DNA of 46,754 nucleotides from Candidatus Paceibacter sp. (GTDB lineage Bacteria; Patescibacteriota; Minisyncoccia; Phycocordibacterales; GCA-2747955): NCBI GenBank assembly GCA_014237915.1, contig JABACC010000012.1, positions 1 to 46,754 of the forward strand, read 5' to 3'. Shown piece by piece: positions 28,170 to 36,307 of this stretch (position 1 is its first letter; each line of letters starts with the position of its first letter). The notes under the pieces were generated by a model. It saw only the letters and a program-made list of their open reading frames with translations, ran no database searches and was not told where the DNA came from. The position numbers and the translations under genes were made by a program.

Positions 28170-30122
28170 ATGAATGAGAAAAAATCAGCTGTTAAAAAAC
28201 TTAAAGAAAAAATTTATTCAAGAGAAGAAAAAAATTTACCAAAATTTCAAAGGAGAAAATTATCAGAAAAAGAATATGAGTTAAAAAGAGATTTTTCAAA
28301 TCAAGATTATTTGAAAAAAGTAAAAAGTTCTGAAAAAATAGATACTGAAAAAGATTTTTTTAAATTAGAAAAAAAAAAGAAGATGACTCTTTTCACAAAA
28401 ATTTTTATTTTTTCAATTATTTTTTTTATTTTCTCTCTTTTGGTTTCCGTGACCATATTTTTTCTAAACACAAGCAATTCTTCTTTTGAAAAAATAACAA
28501 TGTCTATTTTGGGTCCAACCACGGTTAACAGCGGGGAAGAATTTAAGTATACTTTTTCTGTTTTGAATGAAAATTCGGTAAATTTGGAAGGCGTTGACCT
28601 CGTTATAGATTATCCAAAAGGGGCAGTTTCTTCTCTTGATGGAGAATCTCTGGGGAAAGAAATAATTTCTTTAGGAGAAATAAAATCTGGGGCTTTAGTT
28701 GAAAGAGATTTATCCCTTACTCTTTTTGGAGCTTTAGGAGAAAAAAAAGATATAAGAATAAATTTAACCTATTCTGCTGAAGGATACTCTTCATTTTTTT
28801 CCAGAGAAAAAATTTATTCATTAGGAATTAACTCCTCCCCAGTTTCTGTTTTAGTAAGAGCAAACGATTTTGTGACAGCTGGCGAAGAAGAAAAAATTTC
28901 TTTTTTACTTTCTTCAAACTCAAACACAGATTTAAAAAATCTTTTAATTAAAGCTTCTTACCCAACAGGTTTTTCTCCAACTTCTTTTTCTCAAAACCCA
29001 GTTTTTTCTAATAATATTTTTAGAATTTTTAATTTAAAACCAGGAGAAACTAAAGAAATAGAAATTTATGGAAATTTTAAGGGCTCTGAGGGAGCTGAAA
29101 AATATTTCAATTTTGAAGTTGGAGAGGCAAGAGAAGGAAGCTCAGATATTGAGGTTGTTTATGGAAAAACAGAAGATATGGTTAAAATTCAAAAACCTTT
29201 AATTGACATCTCAATAACAATGGCTGACAACGAGGAAAATTTTTTCGTTATAAGACCAGGAGAAAGAAATTCTTTTAAAATTTTACTTGAAAATAACTCT
29301 CTTGGAAAAATTTCTGATTTGGAAGCAGGTTTATTTTTCGAAGGAGATATTTTTGAAAAAAGAAGCATTATTCCAAAAACAGGATTTTACTCATCTTTGG
29401 AAAATAAAATAAATTGGGATAGCCAGGTCTTGGGAGAAAATTTTGAAATAGACTCAAAAAAAAGTTTAAGTTTAGATTTTAACTTTTCTTTAAAAAATAC
29501 CGACGATGTTATTGCGTTATCTGAAGAAGAGTTAAAATCAAAATTAATTTTTAATATTTCAGGAAGGTCTTTTAATGATTCAGGTGTTAGAACAAGAGAT
29601 AATTTCAGTATTGAAAAAGAAATTTTTCCTGAAACAAACTTATCTATCTCTGAAAGAATTGTTAAGTCTGTGGGGCCTTTTAAAAATGATACAAATTTTA
29701 ACCCAAAAGCTAATGAAAAAAATTCGTACACGGTTTACTGGTCTGTTTCTAACACAATTTTAGATTTACAGAATGTTGAGGTTAGCGCGACTTTACCACC
29801 AAACGTTTCTTACAATAAAAACATTTCAAACCCAAATGCAAATTTTAGATATGAAGAGAATGAAAGAAAAATAATTTGGAACATAGGACAGCTGCAAAAA
29901 AGAACGGGCTACTCAACAGCTCCACTGGAAATTATTTTTGGTTTAGACATTATTCCTTCCGAAAACCAAATTGGAAAAACAGCAGAGTTATTGTCAGAGA
30001 AAAAAATTAATGGTTATTCTTCTAAAATTGAAGCTACTGTTTACAATACAGCAAGTTCTGGAAATACAATATTATCAACAGATCCAGCTTTTAATTTAGA
30101 CCAAGGTGTTGTCGTTCCTTAA
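28170..30122 (+). CDS. membrane-anchored multi-Ig-domain hypothetical protein
   Basis: Lys-rich cytoplasmic N-terminus, one TM, repeated beta-sandwich modules. Confidence 0.7.
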   Translation: MNEKKSAVKKLKEKIYSREEKNLPKFQRRKLSEKEYELKRDFSNQDYLKKVKSSEKIDTEKDFFKLEKKKKMTLFTKIFIFSIIFFIFSLLVSVTIFFLNTSNSSFEKITMSILGPTTVNSGEEFKYTFSVLNENSVNLEGVDLVIDYPKGAVSSLDGESLGKEIISLGEIKSGALVERDLSLTLFGALGEKKDIRINLTYSAEGYSSFFSREKIYSLGINSSPVSVLVRANDFVTAGEEEKISFLLSSNSNTDLKNLLIKASYPTGFSPTSFSQNPVFSNNIFRIFNLKPGETKEIEIYGNFKGSEGAEKYFNFEVGEAREGSSDIEVVYGKTEDMVKIQKPLIDISITMADNEENFFVIRPGERNSFKILLENNSLGKISDLEAGLFFEGDIFEKRSIIPKTGFYSSLENKINWDSQVLGENFEIDSKKSLSLDFNFSLKNTDDVIALSEEELKSKLIFNISGRSFNDSGVRTRDNFSIEKEIFPETNLSISERIVKSVGPFKNDTNFNPKANEKNSYTVYWSVSNTILDLQNVEVSATLPPNVSYNKNISNPNANFRYEENERKIIWNIGQLQKRTGYSTAPLEIIFGLDIIPSENQIGKTAELLSEKKINGYSSKIEATVYNTASSGNTILSTDPAFNLDQGVVVP

Positions 30123-30167
30123 AAAACTAAAACTTTTAACATAAAAATTTTATGTTAAAATTTAAAA

Positions 30168-31271
30168 ATGAACAAAAATATAAACGTTAAAATAAACTAC
30201 GATTCTATATTTAGACTTTTTTTTGTTATATTTCTAATTTTAGCAATTTGGAAATTTCAAGCTTTGGCTCTTATTTTATTAACATCAGTTGTTATCGCGT
30301 CAGCCATCGAGCCAGCAATTATTGCTTTCCAAAAAATAAAAGTTAGCAGAATTTTTGCTGTTGCAATTGTTTATATTATTTTGATTTTTTCAATTTTTGT
30401 TTTTTCTGCTTTTTTAATTCCACCGATCGTCGATCAAACATCTAATTTAATTACAGACTTGCCTGTTTGGCTTGAAGGGTTGGGAGAATTTTTGGAAGAG
30501 AAAAAACAAGATAGTGAATTTTTCGCCTCTTTTTTTTCTTCATTTGAAGAAAAATTTATAGATTCTCCAAGTGTTGAAAACTTAGGTTCTTTAGACTCTT
30601 TGGCAACATCTTTTAAAAATTTCTTTTTTGGTTTTGCGGGAGCTTTTTTTGGAGGATTATTAAATTTTTTTCTTATTATTATCTTGTCTTTTTATTTTGC
30701 TATTCAAGATCATGGCATAGATTCATTTTTAAAAATTATCACCCCAGTTAAATATCAAAACTATATTATAGATTTGTGGAAAAGGTCACAAAGAAAAATC
30801 GGACGTTGGATGATAGGCCAGTTTATTTTGGCGGCCATTATGGGCTCGATAACCTTTGTCGGACTATGGCTAATTGGTGTTCCTAACGCGCTTTTACTCG
30901 CAACTCTTGCGGCCCTTGCTGAATTTGTTCCAGTTTTAGGGCCAATGCTTGCTGCAATTCCGGCACTTTTTATCGCCTTTATCTCTGGAGGAGTTGGAAC
31001 TTTGGGAGTTGTGGCTGTTTTTTATCTTGTCTTACAGCAAATAGAAAATAATTTTCTATATCCAATGGTGGTAAAAAATTTAGTGGGAGTTCCCGCTCTT
31101 TTGGTTATTATTTCACTTATTATCGGAGCTGAGCTTTTTGGTTTTTTAGGAATAATTCTATCAATTCCAATCGCAGCTGCTTTTATGGAATTTATAAAAG
31201 ATGTTGAAAAAAAACAGGAAAAAGAAATTGCTAGAGGACTTGAAAAAGAAGTAGATCTTACTAAAAATTAA
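30168..31271 (+). CDS. AI-2E/PerM family transporter
   Basis: Multi-TM; EFVPVLGP, QQIENNFLYP, GILSIP-type motifs. Confidence 0.9.
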   Translation: MNKNINVKINYDSIFRLFFVIFLILAIWKFQALALILLTSVVIASAIEPAIIAFQKIKVSRIFAVAIVYIILIFSIFVFSAFLIPPIVDQTSNLITDLPVWLEGLGEFLEEKKQDSEFFASFFSSFEEKFIDSPSVENLGSLDSLATSFKNFFFGFAGAFFGGLLNFFLIIILSFYFAIQDHGIDSFLKIITPVKYQNYIIDLWKRSQRKIGRWMIGQFILAAIMGSITFVGLWLIGVPNALLLATLAALAEFVPVLGPMLAAIPALFIAFISGGVGTLGVVAVFYLVLQQIENNFLYPMVVKNLVGVPALLVIISLIIGAELFGFLGIILSIPIAAAFMEFIKDVEKKQEKEIARGLEKEVDLTKN

Positions 31272-31318
31272 AAAATTAATTTTTAGTATTAATTTTTAAA
31301 AAATAATAAAAATAAAAA

Positions 31319-32791
31319 ATGAATTTTTTTTCAAATATTTTAAATAAAAAAAAAAAAGCAAAAACTTTTTATATAACAACAACCTTGCCATATGTAAACG
31401 GAAAACCCCACATTGGTTTTGCAATGGAAATTGTTAGAGCGGATGTTTTAGCAAGATATAAAAGAGAAATTTTGGGGAAGGAAAATGTTTTTTTTAACAC
31501 AGGCACAGACGAACATGGAAAAAAAATTTTAGAAAATGCAGAAAAGGAAAATTTAACACCCAAAGAATATGCAGATAAAATGTCAAAAAATTTTTCAGAA
31601 ATTTTACCTAAATTAAATATTTCTCATAATAATTTTGTAAGAACAACAGACGAAGATCATAAAAAATCTGCTCAAAAATTTTGGCAAATTTGTTTTGAAA
31701 ATGGTTTTATTTATAAAAAAAATTACAAATCAAAATATTGTTTTGGTTGTGAGCTTGAAAAAACAGATTCAGAGCTTGAAGACGGAATTTGCCCCCTACA
31801 CCTAAATAATCAAATTGAAATCATAGAAGAGGAAAATTATTTTTTTAAGTTTAGCCAATTTGAAAAAAGTTTATTAAAATATTTTAAAAAAAATCCAATT
31901 ATTCCAGATTTTAGAAAAAAAGAAATTGAAAATTTTGTAAAAAAAGATTTAAAGGATTTTTCAATTTCAAGAAAAAAAGAAAAAATGCCTTGGGGCGTTG
32001 AAGTTCCAAACGATTCTGACCATGTAATATATGTTTGGTTTGACGCTTTGGTGAACTACATTTCAGCTTTAGGGTGGGGCAAAGAAGATGATAATAATTT
32101 TAAAAAATTTTGGCAAGAAGGAGAAGTTTTTCAAATTGCCGGAAAAGACAATCTTCGCCAACAAAGTGCTATCTGGCAAGCTATGCTTTTTTCTACAAAC
32201 ATAAAAAATACAGACAAAATTTTTATCAATGGTTTTATTAATGGAGAAGGTGGAATTAAAATGTCAAAATCTTTGGGAAATGTTATTTTACCAGAAGAAA
32301 TTTTAGAAAAATATAACACAGACGCTTTGAGATATTTTTTTATTCGCCACATAAACAACCACGAAGATTCAGATTTTTCTAAAAAAATTTTTCACGAAGC
32401 GTATATGGCAAATTTAGTTAATGGAATTGGAAATTTAACAAATAGAATTTTAAAAATGTCGCAAGACTTTAACTTTAGGCTTGAAAAAAAACCAAAAATA
32501 GATTTTGAAAATCTTCCTTTAAAAGATTACGACTTTAATAAATATGCAGATTTTGTTTGGCAGAAAATTTCTGATTTAGATAAATTTATTACAAACGAAA
32601 AACCTTATAAAAAAATAAAACAAAACGACATTTCTGTTCGGGATGATTTAATTTATCTTTTAGAAAAACTTTTTTTAATTGCCCAATATTTAAAATTTTT
32701 AATGCCAGAGTCTTCAGAAAAAATTTTAGAAGCAATTGAAAAAAATCAAAAACCAGAAAAACCTCTTTTTGAAAAAATTGATTTTAGTTAA
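31319..32791 (+). CDS. metG: methionyl-tRNA synthetase, short form
   Basis: YVNGKPHIG, GTDEHG, YVWFDAL, GKDN, KMSKS; no C-terminal tRNA-binding domain. Confidence 0.96.
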   Translation: MNFFSNILNKKKKAKTFYITTTLPYVNGKPHIGFAMEIVRADVLARYKREILGKENVFFNTGTDEHGKKILENAEKENLTPKEYADKMSKNFSEILPKLNISHNNFVRTTDEDHKKSAQKFWQICFENGFIYKKNYKSKYCFGCELEKTDSELEDGICPLHLNNQIEIIEEENYFFKFSQFEKSLLKYFKKNPIIPDFRKKEIENFVKKDLKDFSISRKKEKMPWGVEVPNDSDHVIYVWFDALVNYISALGWGKEDDNNFKKFWQEGEVFQIAGKDNLRQQSAIWQAMLFSTNIKNTDKIFINGFINGEGGIKMSKSLGNVILPEEILEKYNTDALRYFFIRHINNHEDSDFSKKIFHEAYMANLVNGIGNLTNRILKMSQDFNFRLEKKPKIDFENLPLKDYDFNKYADFVWQKISDLDKFITNEKPYKKIKQNDISVRDDLIYLLEKLFLIAQYLKFLMPESSEKILEAIEKNQKPEKPLFEKIDFS

Positions 32792-32793
32792 AT

Positions 32794-32824
32794 AAAAAAA
32801 ACCGCGCTAAATATTTCAGCGCGG
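32794..32824 (-). terminator. intrinsic terminator for the minus-strand repeat gene
   Basis: ccgcgct(32802-32808)/agcgcgg(32818-32824) with an A8 tract on the left, which is a U-tract on the minus strand. Confidence 0.65.
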
Positions 32825-32836
32825 CTCAAAGATCAA

Positions 32837-33457
32837 TCAGCTGGCAGCCTCTTCAGCTACCGAATTTTTTTTCACAGAAAACCCCAGAAGCCTTACTCCG
32901 CTCTCGTCTATCTGAACGATAGCAAAACCTCGGGCCTTCCCTCCAGCCATCTGAAAAACTGAAAACCAAGCAAAAGCATCTTCCTCAGCCATCTGAAAAA
33001 CTGAAAACCAAGCACCAGCATTACCCCAATCAACTTTCTGAAAAAAAACAAAGAAAGCAAAAGCATCTGTTCCAGCTCTCTGAACAAATGAAGAGACGGA
33101 GAAGGCGTTCTTTCCAGCTTTTTGATAAAAGGAAAGGGCAGCTTCAGCCACGTAAGCTTTTTGACAAACGGAAAAGCCAGCTTCAGCCCCCCACTTAGCT
33201 TCTTGAAAAATCAAAAACCAAGCCTTAGCATACTCACTCTTCTGAAAAAAAGCAAAGAAAGCCCAAGCCTTCTCCTTAGTTTTTTGAATAAACGCAAAGA
33301 AAGCACCAGCGTTCTCTTCGCATATCTGAACAACGGAAAGAGCTGAGGAGGCATTCTCTCCAGCTTCTTGAAAAATAGTGAATACACCCAAGGTGCTTCC
33401 TTTATTTTTTTGAACTGGTGAAAAAAATAGGATTATTTTTTTAAGAATTTGTATCAT
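32837..33457 (-). CDS. 14-aa tandem-repeat protein (AxAxFSVFQxA), probable beta-solenoid
   Basis: About 12-13 repeats with a near-invariant Gln; 29-bp exact duplication at 42-nt period (32944/32986); GGAG 6 nt before ATG 33457; visibly higher GC than neighbours. Confidence 0.7.
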   Translation of the reverse strand: MIQILKKIILFFSPVQKNKGSTLGVFTIFQEAGENASSALSVVQICEENAGAFFAFIQKTKEKAWAFFAFFQKSEYAKAWFLIFQEAKWGAEAGFSVCQKAYVAEAALSFYQKAGKNAFSVSSFVQRAGTDAFAFFVFFQKVDWGNAGAWFSVFQMAEEDAFAWFSVFQMAGGKARGFAIVQIDESGVRLLGFSVKKNSVAEEAAS

Positions 33458-33539
33458 AGTAAACTCCGTTGTTTTAAATGACACCAAACTTAAGTATGCA
33501 GAAAAAAGAAAAAAAGTCAAGAAAAGTTTTGGAAATTTG

Positions 33540-33576
33540 TTTGAGTGAAAAATTGCGGAGCAATTTTTCACTCAAA
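33540..33576. repeat. perfect 17-bp palindrome with GGA loop
   Basis: tttgagtgaaaaattgc-gga-gcaatttttcactcaaa, lying between divergent genes. Confidence 0.9.
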
Positions 33577-33606
33577 TAAATTTACCCCATATGATAAAAT
33601 CAAAAA

Positions 33607-34440
33607 ATGAAAATAAATTATTTTGACGCTCACTCTCACCCTCATGATTTTAAATTAAAAGAGGAAAGAGAAAAAATTTTAAAACAAATGAAAAATTTAG
33701 GAGTTTTTACAATTGCTATTGGAACAGATAAAAAAGAAAGTTTAGAAGCGCTTAATCTTGCAAAAAATAATGAAAATATTTTTTGCTCAATTGGCCAGCA
33801 CCCAGTTGACAATAAAACTGAAATTTTTGACGAGAATTTTTATCAAAAAATTTTAGACGAAAACAAAAATAAAGCTGTTTGTATTGGCGAATGTGGGCTT
33901 GATTATTATTGGCCAAAAAAAGATTTAGAAATTGGAAAAATTTCTGAGGCGGATTTTCTCGAAGAGAAAATCCGCCAAAAAAATCTTTTTGAAAAACAAA
34001 TTGATTTTTCTATAAAAAATAATCTTCCTTTAATGCTACACGTTCGTTCTTTTAAAAACTCAGACGCACATTTCGACACTTTTGAAATTTTAGATAAAAA
34101 ACAAAAAAAATATAATGGAAAAATAAGAGCAAACTTTCATTTTTTTACTGAAAATAAAAAAATCGCAGAAGAAGTTATAAAAAGAGGGTTTTTTATTTCT
34201 TTTCCAGGAGTTATAACTTTTGCTGATTTAGACGAAGTGGTAAAGGAGGTTCCGATTGAAAAAATTTTTTCAGAAACCGATTCTCCCTACGCCACACCAA
34301 AACCATTTAGAGGTCAGAAAAACAATCCAGTTTTTGTAAAAGAGGTTGTTAAAAAAATCGCAGAAGTTAAAAATTTAGATTTTGAAGAATGTAATAAAAT
34401 TTTAATAAAAAATGCAGTTAATTTTTTTAATATAAAATAA
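33607..34440 (+). CDS. tatD: TatD family DNase
   Basis: FDAHSH, IGQHP, IGECGLDYY, LHVR, HFF, ETDSPY. Confidence 0.95.
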   Translation: MKINYFDAHSHPHDFKLKEEREKILKQMKNLGVFTIAIGTDKKESLEALNLAKNNENIFCSIGQHPVDNKTEIFDENFYQKILDENKNKAVCIGECGLDYYWPKKDLEIGKISEADFLEEKIRQKNLFEKQIDFSIKNNLPLMLHVRSFKNSDAHFDTFEILDKKQKKYNGKIRANFHFFTENKKIAEEVIKRGFFISFPGVITFADLDEVVKEVPIEKIFSETDSPYATPKPFRGQKNNPVFVKEVVKKIAEVKNLDFEECNKILIKNAVNFFNIK

Positions 34441-34446
34441 TTTTAA

Positions 34447-34484
34447 ATAAAAACAAAAGCCCCGTAAGGAGCTTTTGTTTTTAT
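34447..34484. terminator. bidirectional terminator between convergent tatD and DUF5679 gene
   Basis: ataaaaacaaaagc-cccgtaagga-gcttttgtttttat. Confidence 0.8.
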
Positions 34485-34500
34485 AAAATTTTTCAAAAAA

Positions 34501-34707
34501 TTACATATATTTTTCAGCGTCGGCTTTGGATAAAATTTTATACATATTTCCTCCACAGTTATCACATTTTCCTTGAGCTGCATATCTATTTGGCATAACT
34601 GTTCCATCTTTTTTTTTCATGTTTCCAACGTTTGGGTCGTTCATTGTTTGCATTGTTGGTTTATTGTTTTCTCTACATTTCATGCAAAGAGCTTTTAAAT
34701 CTGACAT
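34501..34707 (-). CDS. DUF5679-like small zinc-ribbon protein
   Basis: ALCMKCR...AQGKCDNCGGNMYKIL; two CxxC pairs. Confidence 0.75.
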   Translation of the reverse strand: MSDLKALCMKCRENNKPTMQTMNDPNVGNMKKKDGTVMPNRYAAQGKCDNCGGNMYKILSKADAEKYM

Positions 34708-34761
34708 AACAAAAAAATTTATTAATCTAATAATAGACTAAGACTAACATAAAAAATAAAA

Positions 34762-34783
34762 TTTTCCCCATAACTTATACACA
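34762..34783 (+). promoter_or_regulatory. DnaA box pair upstream of dksA-like gene
   Basis: TTTTCCCCA (2 mismatches) + 4 nt + TTATACACA (consensus match, 34775-34783), just upstream of TGGTATAAT. Confidence 0.4.
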
Positions 34784-34812
34784 TATTTTTTTATTTTGGT
34801 ATAATGTTTCAT

Positions 34813-35169
34813 ATGAATATAGATAAACAAAAAGCTCATCTAGAGGAGCAAAGAGAAAATTTATTAAAAGATATTGAAAAAATTGGAGTAAAAGATAGTT
34901 CAGATCCAGGAGGATTTATTGTAAAAGAGGAAAAAGATTATGCTCCAAACGATGTTAATGATGATATAGATCAAGCAGACGAACAGGAAATGATTTTAAC
35001 AAACAATGCTCTTTTAGGAGATTTAGAAACCAGATTAAAAAATGTAGAAAAAGCTTTGGAAAATATCGAAAATGGAAATTATGGAAAATGTGAAAAATGC
35101 CAAGGAGAAATTGAAGGTGAAAGAATAATGGCAAATCCGTCTGCAAATACCTGTATTTCTTGTATGTAA
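34813..35169 (+). CDS. DksA/TraR C4 zinc-finger protein
   Basis: DDIDQADE coiled-coil tip, ALENIENGNYGKCEKC...ER..ANP.A.TCISC. Confidence 0.88.
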   Translation: MNIDKQKAHLEEQRENLLKDIEKIGVKDSSDPGGFIVKEEKDYAPNDVNDDIDQADEQEMILTNNALLGDLETRLKNVEKALENIENGNYGKCEKCQGEIEGERIMANPSANTCISCM

Positions 35170-35201
35170 TTTTTTCAAAACGCTTGTGTTATAATTTAAA
35201 C

Positions 35202-35630
35202 ATGAGATTTGAGATTCCCCAGTTTATTGAAGTTGAAGATAAAGTCGTAGGGCCTTTTACTTGGAAGCAATTTTTATATATTGCTGGCTCAGGAGGCCTT
35301 GCTTTTTTATTTTTTACTTTTTTAGGAAGTTTAAGTGTTATTATAAAAATTATTTTAAGTGCTCCTTTTGTGGCGGTTGGTCTTGCTTTTGCTTTTTTAA
35401 AAGTTAATGAAAGACCGTTTATTTTCTATATAGAATCTTTTTTTTATTATTTAATTTCAACTAAAAAATATCTTTGGAAAAAAAAGGATGAAAATTTACA
35501 AAACAGCTCAGATGAAGATTTTTTTGCTAATATTTCTCAAGCAAAAATTGAAAAAAATATTCCTCAAATTTCAAAATCACGCCTAAAAGATATTGCTTGG
35601 TCTTTAGATATCGGAGAATATAATAGATAA
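35202..35630 (+). CDS. PrgI family protein (VirB3-like)
   Basis: MRFEIPQFIEVEDKVVGPFTWKQF, two TMs, KVNERPF; ATG 35202 follows a -10 element. Confidence 0.85.
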   Translation: MRFEIPQFIEVEDKVVGPFTWKQFLYIAGSGGLAFLFFTFLGSLSVIIKIILSAPFVAVGLAFAFLKVNERPFIFYIESFFYYLISTKKYLWKKKDENLQNSSDEDFFANISQAKIEKNIPQISKSRLKDIAWSLDIGEYNR

Positions 35631-35637
35631 AATTAAA

Positions 35638-36303
35638 ATGGCAGAAAAAACAATAAAAAAATCATCACAAGACTTTGTTCCAATAAAAGAAATAAAAGGA
35701 GGAACAGTTGTTTTGGAAGATGAAACACTCGTCTCTGTTTTACTTGTAAAATCTTTAAATTTTTCTTTAAAATCATACGAAGAGCAAATGTCAATTATTT
35801 CTTCTTTTGCTAGTTTTTTAAATCTTTTAGATTTTTCTATTCAAATTTGTGTTCAGTCTAGAAATTTAAACATAGAGCCCTATATCGACCTTCTAGAAGG
35901 AAGAATGAAAAACCAAACGAATGAACTTATAAAAATGCAAACAGTAGAATATATTTCTTTTATAAAAAATTTTACAGAATCTGTAGATATAATGGATAAA
36001 AATTTTTATATAGTTTCTTCTTACAAACCTTTTTCTGCTGGTCAAATTGGAAAAAATAGTTTTTTATCAAAAATTTTGCCAAAAAAAGAAAAAAAAGAAA
36101 ACAAGCTTTTGTTTGAAGAAGCAAAAAGTCAGTTAGAACAAAGAACAAATTTAATAATTTCAGGAATGTCTCGTTCGGGAATTACAATGGCAAGACTCGG
36201 AACAGAAGAAGTTTTAGAAGTTTTGTATAAAATGTTTAACCCAGGTGAACAGCAAGGTTATACAGGGGCAGGGTTAGAAAATAATACATCTATTAAAAAA
36301 TAA
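35638..36303 (+). CDS. TraC/VirB4 N-terminal-like protein
   Basis: SQDFVPIKEIKGG, SLNFSLKSYEEQ, KNFYIV, EVLEVLYKMFNP; lies between prgI and virB4. Confidence 0.7.
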   Translation: MAEKTIKKSSQDFVPIKEIKGGTVVLEDETLVSVLLVKSLNFSLKSYEEQMSIISSFASFLNLLDFSIQICVQSRNLNIEPYIDLLEGRMKNQTNELIKMQTVEYISFIKNFTESVDIMDKNFYIVSSYKPFSAGQIGKNSFLSKILPKKEKKENKLLFEEAKSQLEQRTNLIISGMSRSGITMARLGTEEVLEVLYKMFNPGEQQGYTGAGLENNTSIKK

Positions 36304-36307
36304 TTTT

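Noticed and set aside
33458-33571. Longer GTG start for the repeat protein, as given in the ORF track
   Set aside because: The GTG lies inside the 17-bp palindrome; ATG 33457 has a GGAG at suitable spacing. The longer start is not formally excluded.
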